Shown piece by piece: positions 29,936 to 38,405 of a stretch of DNA of 64,000 nt. The stretch is from Rhodoferax sp. (GTDB lineage: Bacteria; Pseudomonadota; Gammaproteobacteria; Burkholderiales; Burkholderiaceae_C), in NCBI GenBank assembly GCA_044373655.1, contig JBILPS010000004.1:6902-70901 (forward strand), written 5' to 3'. The notes beneath the pieces were generated by a model. The model saw only the letters and a program-made list of their open reading frames with translations, searched no databases and was not told the DNA's origin. Positions within the stretch are counted from its first letter, which is position 1. Each line of letters starts with the position of its first letter. The translations under genes and the position numbers were made by a program.

Positions 29936-30363
29936 TGCGCGCACTGCTCGATATCAACGTACTCATTGCCCTGCACGACCGCGATCACATCCACCACGAA
30001 CGCGCCGCGCTGTGGCTAGAAGCGCACATCGCACAGGGCTGGGCCAGCTGCCCACTGACCCAAAATGGCTGCTTGCGCATCATGAGCCAGTCCGGTTACA
30101 GCAAGCCCCAGCCTTTGTCTGCGCTGGTAGTCATGTTGCAAGGTTCCACCGCTACGACTTTTCATCAGCTGTGGGCCGACGACATTAGTGTTTTGGATGC
30201 TGGGCGCTTTCACCACCCACATATCCATGGGCCGCGGCAATTGACCGACTTGTATCTACTGGGGTTGGCCGTGAAGAACGCGGGTCGATTCGTGACCTTC
30301 GATGCACGCATTCCCTTAAGCGCTGTGCATGGAGCCCGCCCTGAGCATTTGGTCACTTTGTAA
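29935..30363 (+). CDS. vapC: PIN-domain ribonuclease toxin
   Basis: LLDINVLIAL, CPLTQNG, LTDLYLLGLA, TFDARI acidic PIN residues. Confidence 0.88.
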   Translation: MRALLDINVLIALHDRDHIHHERAALWLEAHIAQGWASCPLTQNGCLRIMSQSGYSKPQPLSALVVMLQGSTATTFHQLWADDISVLDAGRFHHPHIHGPRQLTDLYLLGLAVKNAGRFVTFDARIPLSAVHGARPEHLVTL

Positions 30364-30413
30364 GTAAACCGAACACCTAGGCGATGGCAAGCTACCCAAG
30401 GCACAATCGCCGC

Positions 30414-31907
30414 ATGAACCATCAGCCGCCGTTTATCGCCCCGCAAAAATTTAGCTCTGCCGCCCAGGCTTTGGCGCAGGTACAAAGTATTTACGCCCAA
30501 AGCATTGCCCATTTGCGCGCCTGCATGCAGACCTTTGTAGCCGGTGATGATGCCTTGGGCCATGTGCGCGCTTTTTACCCCTTGGTACGCGTGCATACGG
30601 ATACGGTGTCGCGCACCGGCAAGACCGAGGGCACGGGTTTGAGTTACGGCTTTGTGGCCGGGCCAGGGCGTTTTGAGACCACGCTCACGCGGCCTGATTT
30701 ATATGGGCGCTATTACCTGGAACAATTTCAGTTGCTACTGAACAACCATGCGGTGGAACTGGAAATTTGCACCAGCACCCAACCCATACCGGTGCACTTT
30801 TCTTTTGCCGACAACGACCACCTAGAAGGCGATATGGGCGCCGAGCGCCGCGCCCGCATGCGCGATGTGTTTGACCTGCCGGACCTGGCCGCCATGGACG
30901 ACGGTATTGCCAACGGCACCTACGCGCCCGGCCCCGGTGAGCCCCAGCCGCTGTCGCTGTTTACCGCGCCGCGCGTGGACTATTCCTTACACCGCCTGCG
31001 CCACTACACCGGCACGCTGCCCGAGCATTTTCAGAACTTTGTGCTGTTTACCAATTACCAGTTTTATATCGACGAATTTGTCGCCCTGGGCCGCGCCGCC
31101 ATGGTCGACCCGAACAGCCCCTACAGCGCCTTTGTAGAACCGGGCAACCTGACGACACGCCGCGCCAGCAGCGCTGGTGCGGCACCCCATACCGAGGGCC
31201 ACAGCCCGCCGCGCCTGCCACAAATGCCGGGCTACCACCTGGTGCGTGAAGACGGCAGCGGCATCAGCATGGTCAATATCGGCGTGGGCCCTGCCAACGC
31301 CAAAAACATCACCGACCATATTGCCGTGCTGCGCCCGCACGCCTGGATCATGCTGGGCCACTGCGCCGGCCTGCGCAACACCCAGCGATTGGGCGACTAC
31401 GTGCTGGCGCATGGCTATGTGCGCGAAGACCATGTGCTGGACGAAGAACTGCCGCTGTGGGTGCCCATCCCCGCGCTGGCCGAAATCCAGGTGGCGCTAG
31501 AGCAAGCCGTGGCGGACGTAACCGGCCTGCAGGGCAGCGCCCTGAAAAGTATTTTGCGTACCGGCACCGTAGCCAGCACCGACAACCGCAACTGGGAACT
31601 GCTGCCCGACAACCAGCCCCAGCGCCGCTTTAGCCAAAGCCGCGCCGTGGCGCTAGACATGGAGAGCGCCACTATCGCCGCCAACGGCTTTCGCTTTCGT
31701 GTCCCCTACGGCACATTACTGTGCGTCAGCGACAAACCGCTGCACGGCGAAATCAAACTGCCCGGCATGGCCAACCACTTCTACCGCGAACGCGTGGACC
31801 AGCACCTGCGTATTGGTATGCGCGCCATCGAACTGATGCGCGAACGCGGCCTGGACCAGCTGCACAGCCGCAAACTACGCAGCTTTGCGGAGGTGGCGTT
31901 TCAGTAA
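30414..31907 (+). CDS. amn: AMP nucleosidase
   Basis: RVDYSLHRLRHYTGT, LFTNYQFYIDEF, NIGVGPANAK, LDMESATIAANG; start re-called at 30414 (30384 possible). Confidence 0.95.
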   Translation: MNHQPPFIAPQKFSSAAQALAQVQSIYAQSIAHLRACMQTFVAGDDALGHVRAFYPLVRVHTDTVSRTGKTEGTGLSYGFVAGPGRFETTLTRPDLYGRYYLEQFQLLLNNHAVELEICTSTQPIPVHFSFADNDHLEGDMGAERRARMRDVFDLPDLAAMDDGIANGTYAPGPGEPQPLSLFTAPRVDYSLHRLRHYTGTLPEHFQNFVLFTNYQFYIDEFVALGRAAMVDPNSPYSAFVEPGNLTTRRASSAGAAPHTEGHSPPRLPQMPGYHLVREDGSGISMVNIGVGPANAKNITDHIAVLRPHAWIMLGHCAGLRNTQRLGDYVLAHGYVREDHVLDEELPLWVPIPALAEIQVALEQAVADVTGLQGSALKSILRTGTVASTDNRNWELLPDNQPQRRFSQSRAVALDMESATIAANGFRFRVPYGTLLCVSDKPLHGEIKLPGMANHFYRERVDQHLRIGMRAIELMRERGLDQLHSRKLRSFAEVAFQ

Positions 31908-32126
31908 GGTCTGAGGGCCGGAAGGTCTTCATCGCGCGTCGCTAGTGCAGGTGTGCCAAAAGCCGTCCATGGGCTGCGGCCGTGCGCCGTCGCCAAAGCG
32001 TTACACGAGGGCCTCGGCCCCGCCAAGAAGGGACGCTTTGGGAAACCACTTATGGTGAAGTGCGTACTCGCTCGCGTCTTAGCGTTTCCAAAGTCCCCGT
32101 CACACCAATCCACGACAATCTCCCCC

Positions 32127-33065
32127 ATGCCCCACCCCAGCCCCAGCACCGCGCTGTTTTCCGCGCAGCATTTATCCAAGCGCTTTGGCGCTAACACCGT
32201 TGTCGATGACTTGTCATTTGAAATTGCGCCGGGCGAATGCCTGGGGGTGATCGGGCCCAATGGGGCGGGCAAGACGACCACGGTGCGTATGTGCCTGGGG
32301 CTGACGGCGCCCGATGGCGGCAGCATCAGCGCGCTGGGGCTGCAGATGCCGCGCGACGCGCTGGCCATCAAGGCGCAGATCGGGGTGGTGACGCAGCTCG
32401 ATACCCTGGACCCAGACTTCAATTGCGAAGAAAACCTGCTGGTTTATGGCCGTTATTTCGGGCTGAAGGACCGTGACATTCAAAAACGTATTCCGGCGCT
32501 CTTAGAGTTTGCCTCGCTCACCAGCAAAGCCAAAGCCAAGCCGGGCGAGTTGTCGGGCGGCATGAAGCGGCGCCTGAGCCTGGCGCGCGCCCTGGTCAAC
32601 GACCCCCGCCTTTTGCTGCTAGATGAGCCCACCACCGGCCTAGACCCGCAAGCCCGCCACCTGATGTGGGAGCGCCTGCAAGCCCTGCTGCAACAAGGCA
32701 AGTCGATTTTGCTGACCACCCACTTTATGGACGAGGCCGAGCGCCTGTGTTCGCGCCTCTTGGTGCTGGACCACGGCAAAAAGATTGCGGAAGGCAAGCC
32801 GCGCGATTTGATCGCCCAGCACCTCGAGCCCGATGTGGTGGAAGTGTTTGGCATAGGCGCGCTGCAAGTGCGCGAAGGCCCGCTGCGCGCCTTGGCTGCG
32901 CGTGTGGAGGTGAGTGGCGAGACGGTGTTTTTCTACACCGAGCAGGCCGGTGCACTTTTGCAAGCCCTGGCGGGCTACCCCCAATTGCGCACCCTGCACC
33001 GCCCGGCCAACCTGGAAGATTTGTTCCTGAAACTGACCGGACGCCAGATCCGCGAGGACGCTTGA
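32127..33065 (+). CDS. nodI: ABC-2 exporter ATP-binding protein (NodI-like)
   Basis: GPNGAGKTT, LSGGMKRRL, LDEPTTGLDPQARHLMW, RPANLEDLFLKLTGR; start re-called at 32127. Confidence 0.85.
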   Translation: MPHPSPSTALFSAQHLSKRFGANTVVDDLSFEIAPGECLGVIGPNGAGKTTTVRMCLGLTAPDGGSISALGLQMPRDALAIKAQIGVVTQLDTLDPDFNCEENLLVYGRYFGLKDRDIQKRIPALLEFASLTSKAKAKPGELSGGMKRRLSLARALVNDPRLLLLDEPTTGLDPQARHLMWERLQALLQQGKSILLTTHFMDEAERLCSRLLVLDHGKKIAEGKPRDLIAQHLEPDVVEVFGIGALQVREGPLRALAARVEVSGETVFFYTEQAGALLQALAGYPQLRTLHRPANLEDLFLKLTGRQIREDA

Positions 33066-33066
33066 T

Positions 33067-33891
33067 ATGCCCGACTCCCCCGCTTTCACCCCCCAAATCC
33101 AAAGCCCCTGGCGCGCACCGCGCTTAAGCCTGCGCTTTTGGCCGGTGTTTTTACGCAATTTGCTGGTCTGGCGCAAGCTGGCCATTCCCAGCTTGCTGGG
33201 CAATATCGCCGAGCCGCTAATGTGGCTGGTCGCCTTTGGCTACGGCATGGGCGCGCTGGTGGGGCAGCTCACCATCGACGGGCAGACTGTGCCCTACATC
33301 TTGTTTCTGGCGAGCGGCAGCATCTGCATGAGTGCGATGAACGCCGCTTCGTTTGAGGCGCTGTATTCGGCCTTCTCGCGCATGCATGTGCAAAAGACCT
33401 GGGACGGCATCATGAACGCGCCGGTAGGTCTGGACGATATCGTGTTGGCCGAAATGCTGTGGGCCGCGTTCAAGGCGCTGTTTACCGTGACGGCGATTTT
33501 GGGCGTAATGCTGGCGCTGCAAATCAGCCACAGCCTCAAGTTGCTGGTGGCTTGGCCGGTGCTGCTCGGTGTGGGCATTACCTTTAGCTCGATGGCGCTG
33601 GTGTTTAACGCGCTGGCCAAGGGCTATGACTTTTTTACCTATTACTTCACGCTGTTCCTCACGCCATCCATGTTTTTAGGCGGCGTGTTTTTCCCGCTGG
33701 AGCAATTGCCGCCCGTGGTGCGCGCGGTAGCCGACTGGCTGCCGCTGGCCAACGCGGTGGCCTTGGTGCGGCCTTTGTTTATGGACCAGTGGCCTAGCAA
33801 TGTGCTGCACCACGGCGGTGTGCTGGTGGCCTATGCCGTGGTTTCTTTCTGGCTGGCGCTGGGCCTGACGCGCAAACGTTTCGGGCAATAG
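33067..33891 (+). CDS. nodJ: ABC-2 exporter permease (NodJ-like)
   Basis: VFLRNLLVWRK, FEALYSAFSRM, YDFFTYYFTL. Confidence 0.85.
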   Translation: MPDSPAFTPQIQSPWRAPRLSLRFWPVFLRNLLVWRKLAIPSLLGNIAEPLMWLVAFGYGMGALVGQLTIDGQTVPYILFLASGSICMSAMNAASFEALYSAFSRMHVQKTWDGIMNAPVGLDDIVLAEMLWAAFKALFTVTAILGVMLALQISHSLKLLVAWPVLLGVGITFSSMALVFNALAKGYDFFTYYFTLFLTPSMFLGGVFFPLEQLPPVVRAVADWLPLANAVALVRPLFMDQWPSNVLHHGGVLVAYAVVSFWLALGLTRKRFGQ

Positions 33892-33980
33892 GCCTAGGCC
33901 GCTCTTAGCATCTCCAGATGGGTGCAAAGATGAGGGCATTTGCTCGCCGTGCGGCCGAGGGTACATAGGGTAGGCATTTG

Positions 33981-35129
33981 CTAGCCCCGCAGCTCGGTGC
34001 CTATGGCGCTGGCTAGCGCTTCATAGTCCGCAGCGCTGTTATACAGCTGCCCGCAAACCCTGAGGTAGTAGGCCCCGGCACAGGTGGTTATCGCAGTCTC
34101 GACCCGATATACCTCCCCCAAACGCTTTTGCAAGGCGGCGCAGGCGGCGCGACCACCTTCCATGCGGGGTAATGGCACCAGGCCCATAGCGACCGCGTCG
34201 GGCGGCAGCGTGTCTTTCGAAAGGCCTAAAGCTGCCAACACCATTTCACGCCCGTAACGCATGCGTGCTTGGTTCGCCGCGCGCACTCGCTCCCAGCCCA
34301 GACGGTTAAAGAAATCAATCGCAGCAGGCGCTGCCAACCAGGCGCTGATATCCACGGTACCCAGCATGTCCCAGGGTGCGGGATAGTCCTCTGCATCGCG
34401 CCAAGAAACGATCAGCGGACGCATGCGCGCCTGCCAGCGCGGCGCAATGCGGTAGACCGCACTACCCAGTGGCGCGCACACCCATTTGTGCAAATTTCCA
34501 AACCAAAAATCGGCATCTAGACGATCCAAGTCTAGGTCCAGTTGCCCAGGCGCATGCGAGGCATCCACGGCGATCGCAATACCATGCGCCCTGCATACAT
34601 CTGCCAGTTGCTGCACTGGCAATATGCGCGCGGTGGCTGAAGTTATGTGGTCCACCACCAGCAAACGGGTACGCGTGTTGATCGCCGCCTCCACCCGGGC
34701 CACGATCTGCGCAGCATCATCATCCATGGAAATGGCTACTTCCCGCAAAATTCCGCCCGCGCTGGCCAAAGCGCGTTGCACGGCATACACCACGGCGCCG
34801 TATTCTTGGTCCAACACAATCGCCTCATCGCCGGGCTCCAATGGAAATCCACGCAAGGTGGTGCTGGCCGCTTCAGTAGCGTTGCGCACCAATGCAATTT
34901 GGTCGGGCTGTTGACCCAGAAAGGCTGCAATTTTTGCCCGCGCAGCGGCCACTTGGTCTTGCGCTTCGCGGGCAAAAAAGCGCACCGGGTTTTGTTGTAC
35001 CCGGTCCTGCACTGCCCGCTGCAGGTCCCGCACCGTCGATGGCACCGCGCCATAGGAACCGTGGTTGCAATGGTGAACAAGCGGGTCGAGCGTCCAAGCG
35101 TCGCGCTGTTCCTCTAAATCAAAAACCAT
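33981..35129 (-). CDS. PLP-dependent class V enzyme (CefD/Egt2/cysteine desulfhydrase-like)
   Basis: NHGSYGAVP, VDHITSAT, VDASHAPG, GNLHKWVCAPLGS with the Schiff-base Lys. Confidence 0.85.
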   Translation of the reverse strand: MVFDLEEQRDAWTLDPLVHHCNHGSYGAVPSTVRDLQRAVQDRVQQNPVRFFAREAQDQVAAARAKIAAFLGQQPDQIALVRNATEAASTTLRGFPLEPGDEAIVLDQEYGAVVYAVQRALASAGGILREVAISMDDDAAQIVARVEAAINTRTRLLVVDHITSATARILPVQQLADVCRAHGIAIAVDASHAPGQLDLDLDRLDADFWFGNLHKWVCAPLGSAVYRIAPRWQARMRPLIVSWRDAEDYPAPWDMLGTVDISAWLAAPAAIDFFNRLGWERVRAANQARMRYGREMVLAALGLSKDTLPPDAVAMGLVPLPRMEGGRAACAALQKRLGEVYRVETAITTCAGAYYLRVCGQLYNSAADYEALASAIGTELRG

Positions 35130-35186
35130 AAAAACCTGTCACAAATAACACTGGTGAAAACGCAGCTCAATCCAAGTGCAGGCGCA

Positions 35187-36632
35187 TTACCAGCCCCGCG
35201 CCAGCCTTGCGTTACTGACCCAGGTGGCATGAAAGCCATTGGGTACGCGCTGGGGTAATGCGATGCGGGCGACAGGCCCTTGGGCCACCTTAGCCGCATC
35301 AAAAATACTCACATAGGAGCGCTCCTCTTTGGCGTCCCACACAAAGCCGACCAGGTAGCCGTCGTCTTCGTTGATGTGTTGATCTTTGGGGGCGAAGCTG
35401 TGTTCGCTTAGCCACTGGTGCATGCCGCCGTGGTAGGCGGTGCAAGTGCCGTCTTGCCGGTCGTGGCGCGCGATGCCGCAAAAGCGCGGGTCTTCGGGCT
35501 GCTCGCTGCTGCCCATCAGAATGTTCCAGGTGTAGCGCGTGGGCTCACCCATGCGTGCGCTGTTGATGATGGGAAATTCTTGATTCAGCACATCGTCGAG
35601 CACGCGCTCGCGGGTTTGGCCGGTGCGCAAATTAAAGCGCCATTCGTACAACATGCAATCGATACCCAGTTGCGCAATCAACCGTGGCAGGCCCGTGGCA
35701 TCGGGCTGGCCACGGTTATCGCGCTGGGGTTTAAAGGGCGTGCCGGTCATGACGATTTCGACACCACCCTGGCCGTCGTCCTCTTCCCAAGCATTGGCGA
35801 CGTGGTACATATAAGTGGGGCTGGCCTCAAACCAGCGAATGTCTTGGGTGCTGCCATGGCGCGGGACGACGCCAAAGCGCGCAGGCAGCTCGGGGTAAAA
35901 GGCCAGTTTGTGGCGCCCGGCAGCAGCGGCCACCGGGTCTTGGAACAGAGGCAAATCATGCAGCACGGTGTAGTTGCGCGTGATAGCCATGTCGTGCGGT
36001 AGGCGCGGGCCGGGCAGGGGCACGGGGATCAGCGTTTTGAGCACGCCGCTTTTATCGAGCACGCCGTAGTGCATATAAGGCGGCTCTTTGCCGTAGCAAA
36101 AAAAGATGAATTCGCCGGTGCGCTCATCGACCTTGGAATGCGCCGAGATATGCAAACCAGCCAGGCGCGGGTCCAGCGCCAAGGTGTCCACGGTGGCCAG
36201 GTCGCCCGGCCGCACGCGATAGACCTCGCCGCCCAGATACCACATGGCCAGCAAATGGCCGGCAAAGTATTTGACGTCGGTATTGGCCGTGTTCTTGAGC
36301 GGCATGTCGGGCCGGTCTTTGCGCGGCGGGTCTTTGATGCCCTGCCACAGGGCGTGGCCCGCCTGGGTTTCTTCTTGCAAGCCTTGGGTGTGAATCCAGC
36401 GGTTTTGGTAGTAGGCGCGCCCGCCTTCAAAGCGCACCGCGTGCAGCATGCCGTCGCCGTCAAACCAGTGGTAACGCCCCGGCGCCTCGAAGCGGCGGTT
36501 GGGGCCGTTGCGCACATGCATACCGTGCAGGTCGCGCGGGATCTGGCCTTGCACCTGTGTCAGTTCGACCGTGATCTCTTCTTCCACCGGGGCAAAGCCC
36601 CCTTGCAGGGTGATGACGTCGTTAAATCCCAT
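35187..36632 (-). CDS. Carotenoid oxygenase / lignostilbene dioxygenase (RPE65/CCD) family protein
   Basis: RNGPN, YHWFDGDGMLH; four Fe-ligand His (SAHSK, PHDMA, YHVAN, FHATW); QEFP; start re-called at 36632 (RBS GGAG). Confidence 0.92.
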   Translation of the reverse strand: MGFNDVITLQGGFAPVEEEITVELTQVQGQIPRDLHGMHVRNGPNRRFEAPGRYHWFDGDGMLHAVRFEGGRAYYQNRWIHTQGLQEETQAGHALWQGIKDPPRKDRPDMPLKNTANTDVKYFAGHLLAMWYLGGEVYRVRPGDLATVDTLALDPRLAGLHISAHSKVDERTGEFIFFCYGKEPPYMHYGVLDKSGVLKTLIPVPLPGPRLPHDMAITRNYTVLHDLPLFQDPVAAAAGRHKLAFYPELPARFGVVPRHGSTQDIRWFEASPTYMYHVANAWEEDDGQGGVEIVMTGTPFKPQRDNRGQPDATGLPRLIAQLGIDCMLYEWRFNLRTGQTRERVLDDVLNQEFPIINSARMGEPTRYTWNILMGSSEQPEDPRFCGIARHDRQDGTCTAYHGGMHQWLSEHSFAPKDQHINEDDGYLVGFVWDAKEERSYVSIFDAAKVAQGPVARIALPQRVPNGFHATWVSNARLARGW

Positions 36633-36713
36633 AGCAAACTCCAATTTCTGCGGGCCAGTTGCACATTTTTGGAAGCAAGCCTAGAGCATGCGTGTAGGGC
36701 TGACAATCAGGGT

Positions 36714-37736
36714 ATGCACCATGTTTTTGAAACGCTGACGCCCGATCTGGTCCTGGACGCCCTGGAATCGGTCGGTCTGCGCGGCGACGGCCGCCTGACC
36801 GCCTTGTCCTCCTATGAAAACCGGGTCTATCAAGTGCAGCTGGAAGACGGTAGCGCCGTGGTGGCCAAGTTTTACCGGCCCGGGCGCTGGAGCGAAGTGC
36901 AGATTCTGGAAGAACATAGTTTTGCAGAGGAGCTGATGCAGGCAGAAATTCCAGCCATCGGGCCGCTGCGCCTGGCCGGGGCCACGCTGCACCACTTCGG
37001 CGGCTTTGGCTTTAGCGTCAGCCCGCGCCGGGGTGGACGAGCGCCCGAGCTGGATGACGAAGAAGTGTTGGAATGGATTGGCCGCTTTCTGGCGCGCATG
37101 CACACCGTGGGCGCGCGCAAACCCTTTACCAGCCGGCCGGCGCTGGACTTGCAAAGCTTTGGGCAAGAGTCCCGCGACTGGTTGCTGGGACAGGACATGA
37201 TTCCACTGGACGTGCAAAGCGCTTGGGCCCGGCACTGCGATGAGGCCCTGGCCATGGTGGCGGCTTACCCATCGCTCTGCGGCAAAAAGGCAAGCCCCGG
37301 TGAGGCGCAAATTCGCCTGCTGCGCCTGCATGGTGATTGCCACCCGGGCAATATTTTGTGGACGCCCACCGACGCAGCCGCCAGCGCCGGGCCCGGCCCC
37401 CATTTCGTGGACCTGGACGATGCGCGCACCGGCCCTGCGGTGCAGGACTTGTGGATGCTTGCCAGCGGCGACCGGCGCCAGCGCAGCCGCCAACTGGGTT
37501 TTCTGGTGGATGGTTACGAACAATTCCGGGAGTTTGACCGCGACGAGCTGGCACTGATAGAGCCGCTGCGCACGCTGCGCCTCATCCACTACAGCGCCTG
37601 GCTAGCACGGCGCTGGAGCGATCCGACCTTTGTGCAAAACTTCCCCTGGTTTGGCAGTAGCGACTACTGGCAGGGTCAGGTGTTGATGCTGCAAGAGCAA
37701 TGCGAAGCCATGCAGGAAGCGCCTTTGGTGGTCTAA
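36714..37736 (+). CDS. srkA: Stress response Ser/Thr kinase (SrkA/RdoA/YihE)
   Basis: LSSYENRVYQ, AKFYRPGRWS, LHGDCHPGN, DLDD, QDLWML; start re-called at 36714. Confidence 0.93.
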   Translation: MHHVFETLTPDLVLDALESVGLRGDGRLTALSSYENRVYQVQLEDGSAVVAKFYRPGRWSEVQILEEHSFAEELMQAEIPAIGPLRLAGATLHHFGGFGFSVSPRRGGRAPELDDEEVLEWIGRFLARMHTVGARKPFTSRPALDLQSFGQESRDWLLGQDMIPLDVQSAWARHCDEALAMVAAYPSLCGKKASPGEAQIRLLRLHGDCHPGNILWTPTDAAASAGPGPHFVDLDDARTGPAVQDLWMLASGDRRQRSRQLGFLVDGYEQFREFDRDELALIEPLRTLRLIHYSAWLARRWSDPTFVQNFPWFGSSDYWQGQVLMLQEQCEAMQEAPLVV

Positions 37737-37754
37737 GAGTGGCCAAGCCCTCGG

Positions 37755-38339
37755 CTACTGCTCCTTTGCCGGCTCCTGCAACACCGCCGGGTCAAAGGGC
37801 TGGCGGGCAAACACCTGGCGCAGCAGGGGCGCGAAGTGCGCCAGCGCGCGGCTGGGGTAGGCGGGGTCAAACGCCGTCTGGTCATACAGCGCGCAAAAGC
37901 GCTGGCAGCTGGCAAACCACGGGTGCTGGGCGTAGGCCAGGTGCCCGTCGTTCGGTTTGCCCAGATGGTGGGCATAAAACTGCATTTGAAACAGGCCGTG
38001 CATTTCTACCACCCAGGTCACCTCGGCGCGCACATAGGGCCTCAAAATAGCGGCGGCCATTTGCGAATGGTTGTCTGGCGCCAGCACGTCGCCAATGTCG
38101 TGCAAGAGCGCGGCCACCACCATGTCGATGTCGGCGCCATCGTCCTCGGCCCGGCTGGCGCTTTGCAGCGAGTGCTCTAGGCGGCTGATCTGGTAGCCCG
38201 GCAAAGATTCGCTCAAGTCTTGCAAAGCCGCCAGCAAGCGGTCGGGCAGCGTGCGGATATAAGCCTGCTCCAGGCGGTGCAGCAACTGGTAGTCCTCTGC
38301 CGTGCCGTCTTGCATTTGGGTGAATGTCACGTGTTGCAT
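37755..38339 (-). CDS. HD-domain protein with a PhnZ/MIOX-like diiron ligand pattern
   Basis: H56 (RLEHSLQ), H80-D81 (LLHDIGD), H91 (DNHS), H114 (EMHG), D153 (YDQ). Confidence 0.8.
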   Translation of the reverse strand: MQHVTFTQMQDGTAEDYQLLHRLEQAYIRTLPDRLLAALQDLSESLPGYQISRLEHSLQSASRAEDDGADIDMVVAALLHDIGDVLAPDNHSQMAAAILRPYVRAEVTWVVEMHGLFQMQFYAHHLGKPNDGHLAYAQHPWFASCQRFCALYDQTAFDPAYPSRALAHFAPLLRQVFARQPFDPAVLQEPAKEQ

Positions 38340-38405
38340 ACGCGTCTTTCAGATGGGGGGGCTCATCGGTCCAGCGCGATTGTGCACCCCCCGCGGACTC
38401 TGCCC

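Noticed and set aside
32127-33891. Nodulation or symbiosis island
   Set aside because: No nodABC or nif genes are present; nodIJ-like ABC-2 pairs are ordinary in non-symbiotic Betaproteobacteria.
36069-36713. N-terminal extension making srkA a 555-aa protein
   Set aside because: The extension is antisense to the carotenoid oxygenase gene; kinase similarity starts only at MHHVFETLTPD (36714).
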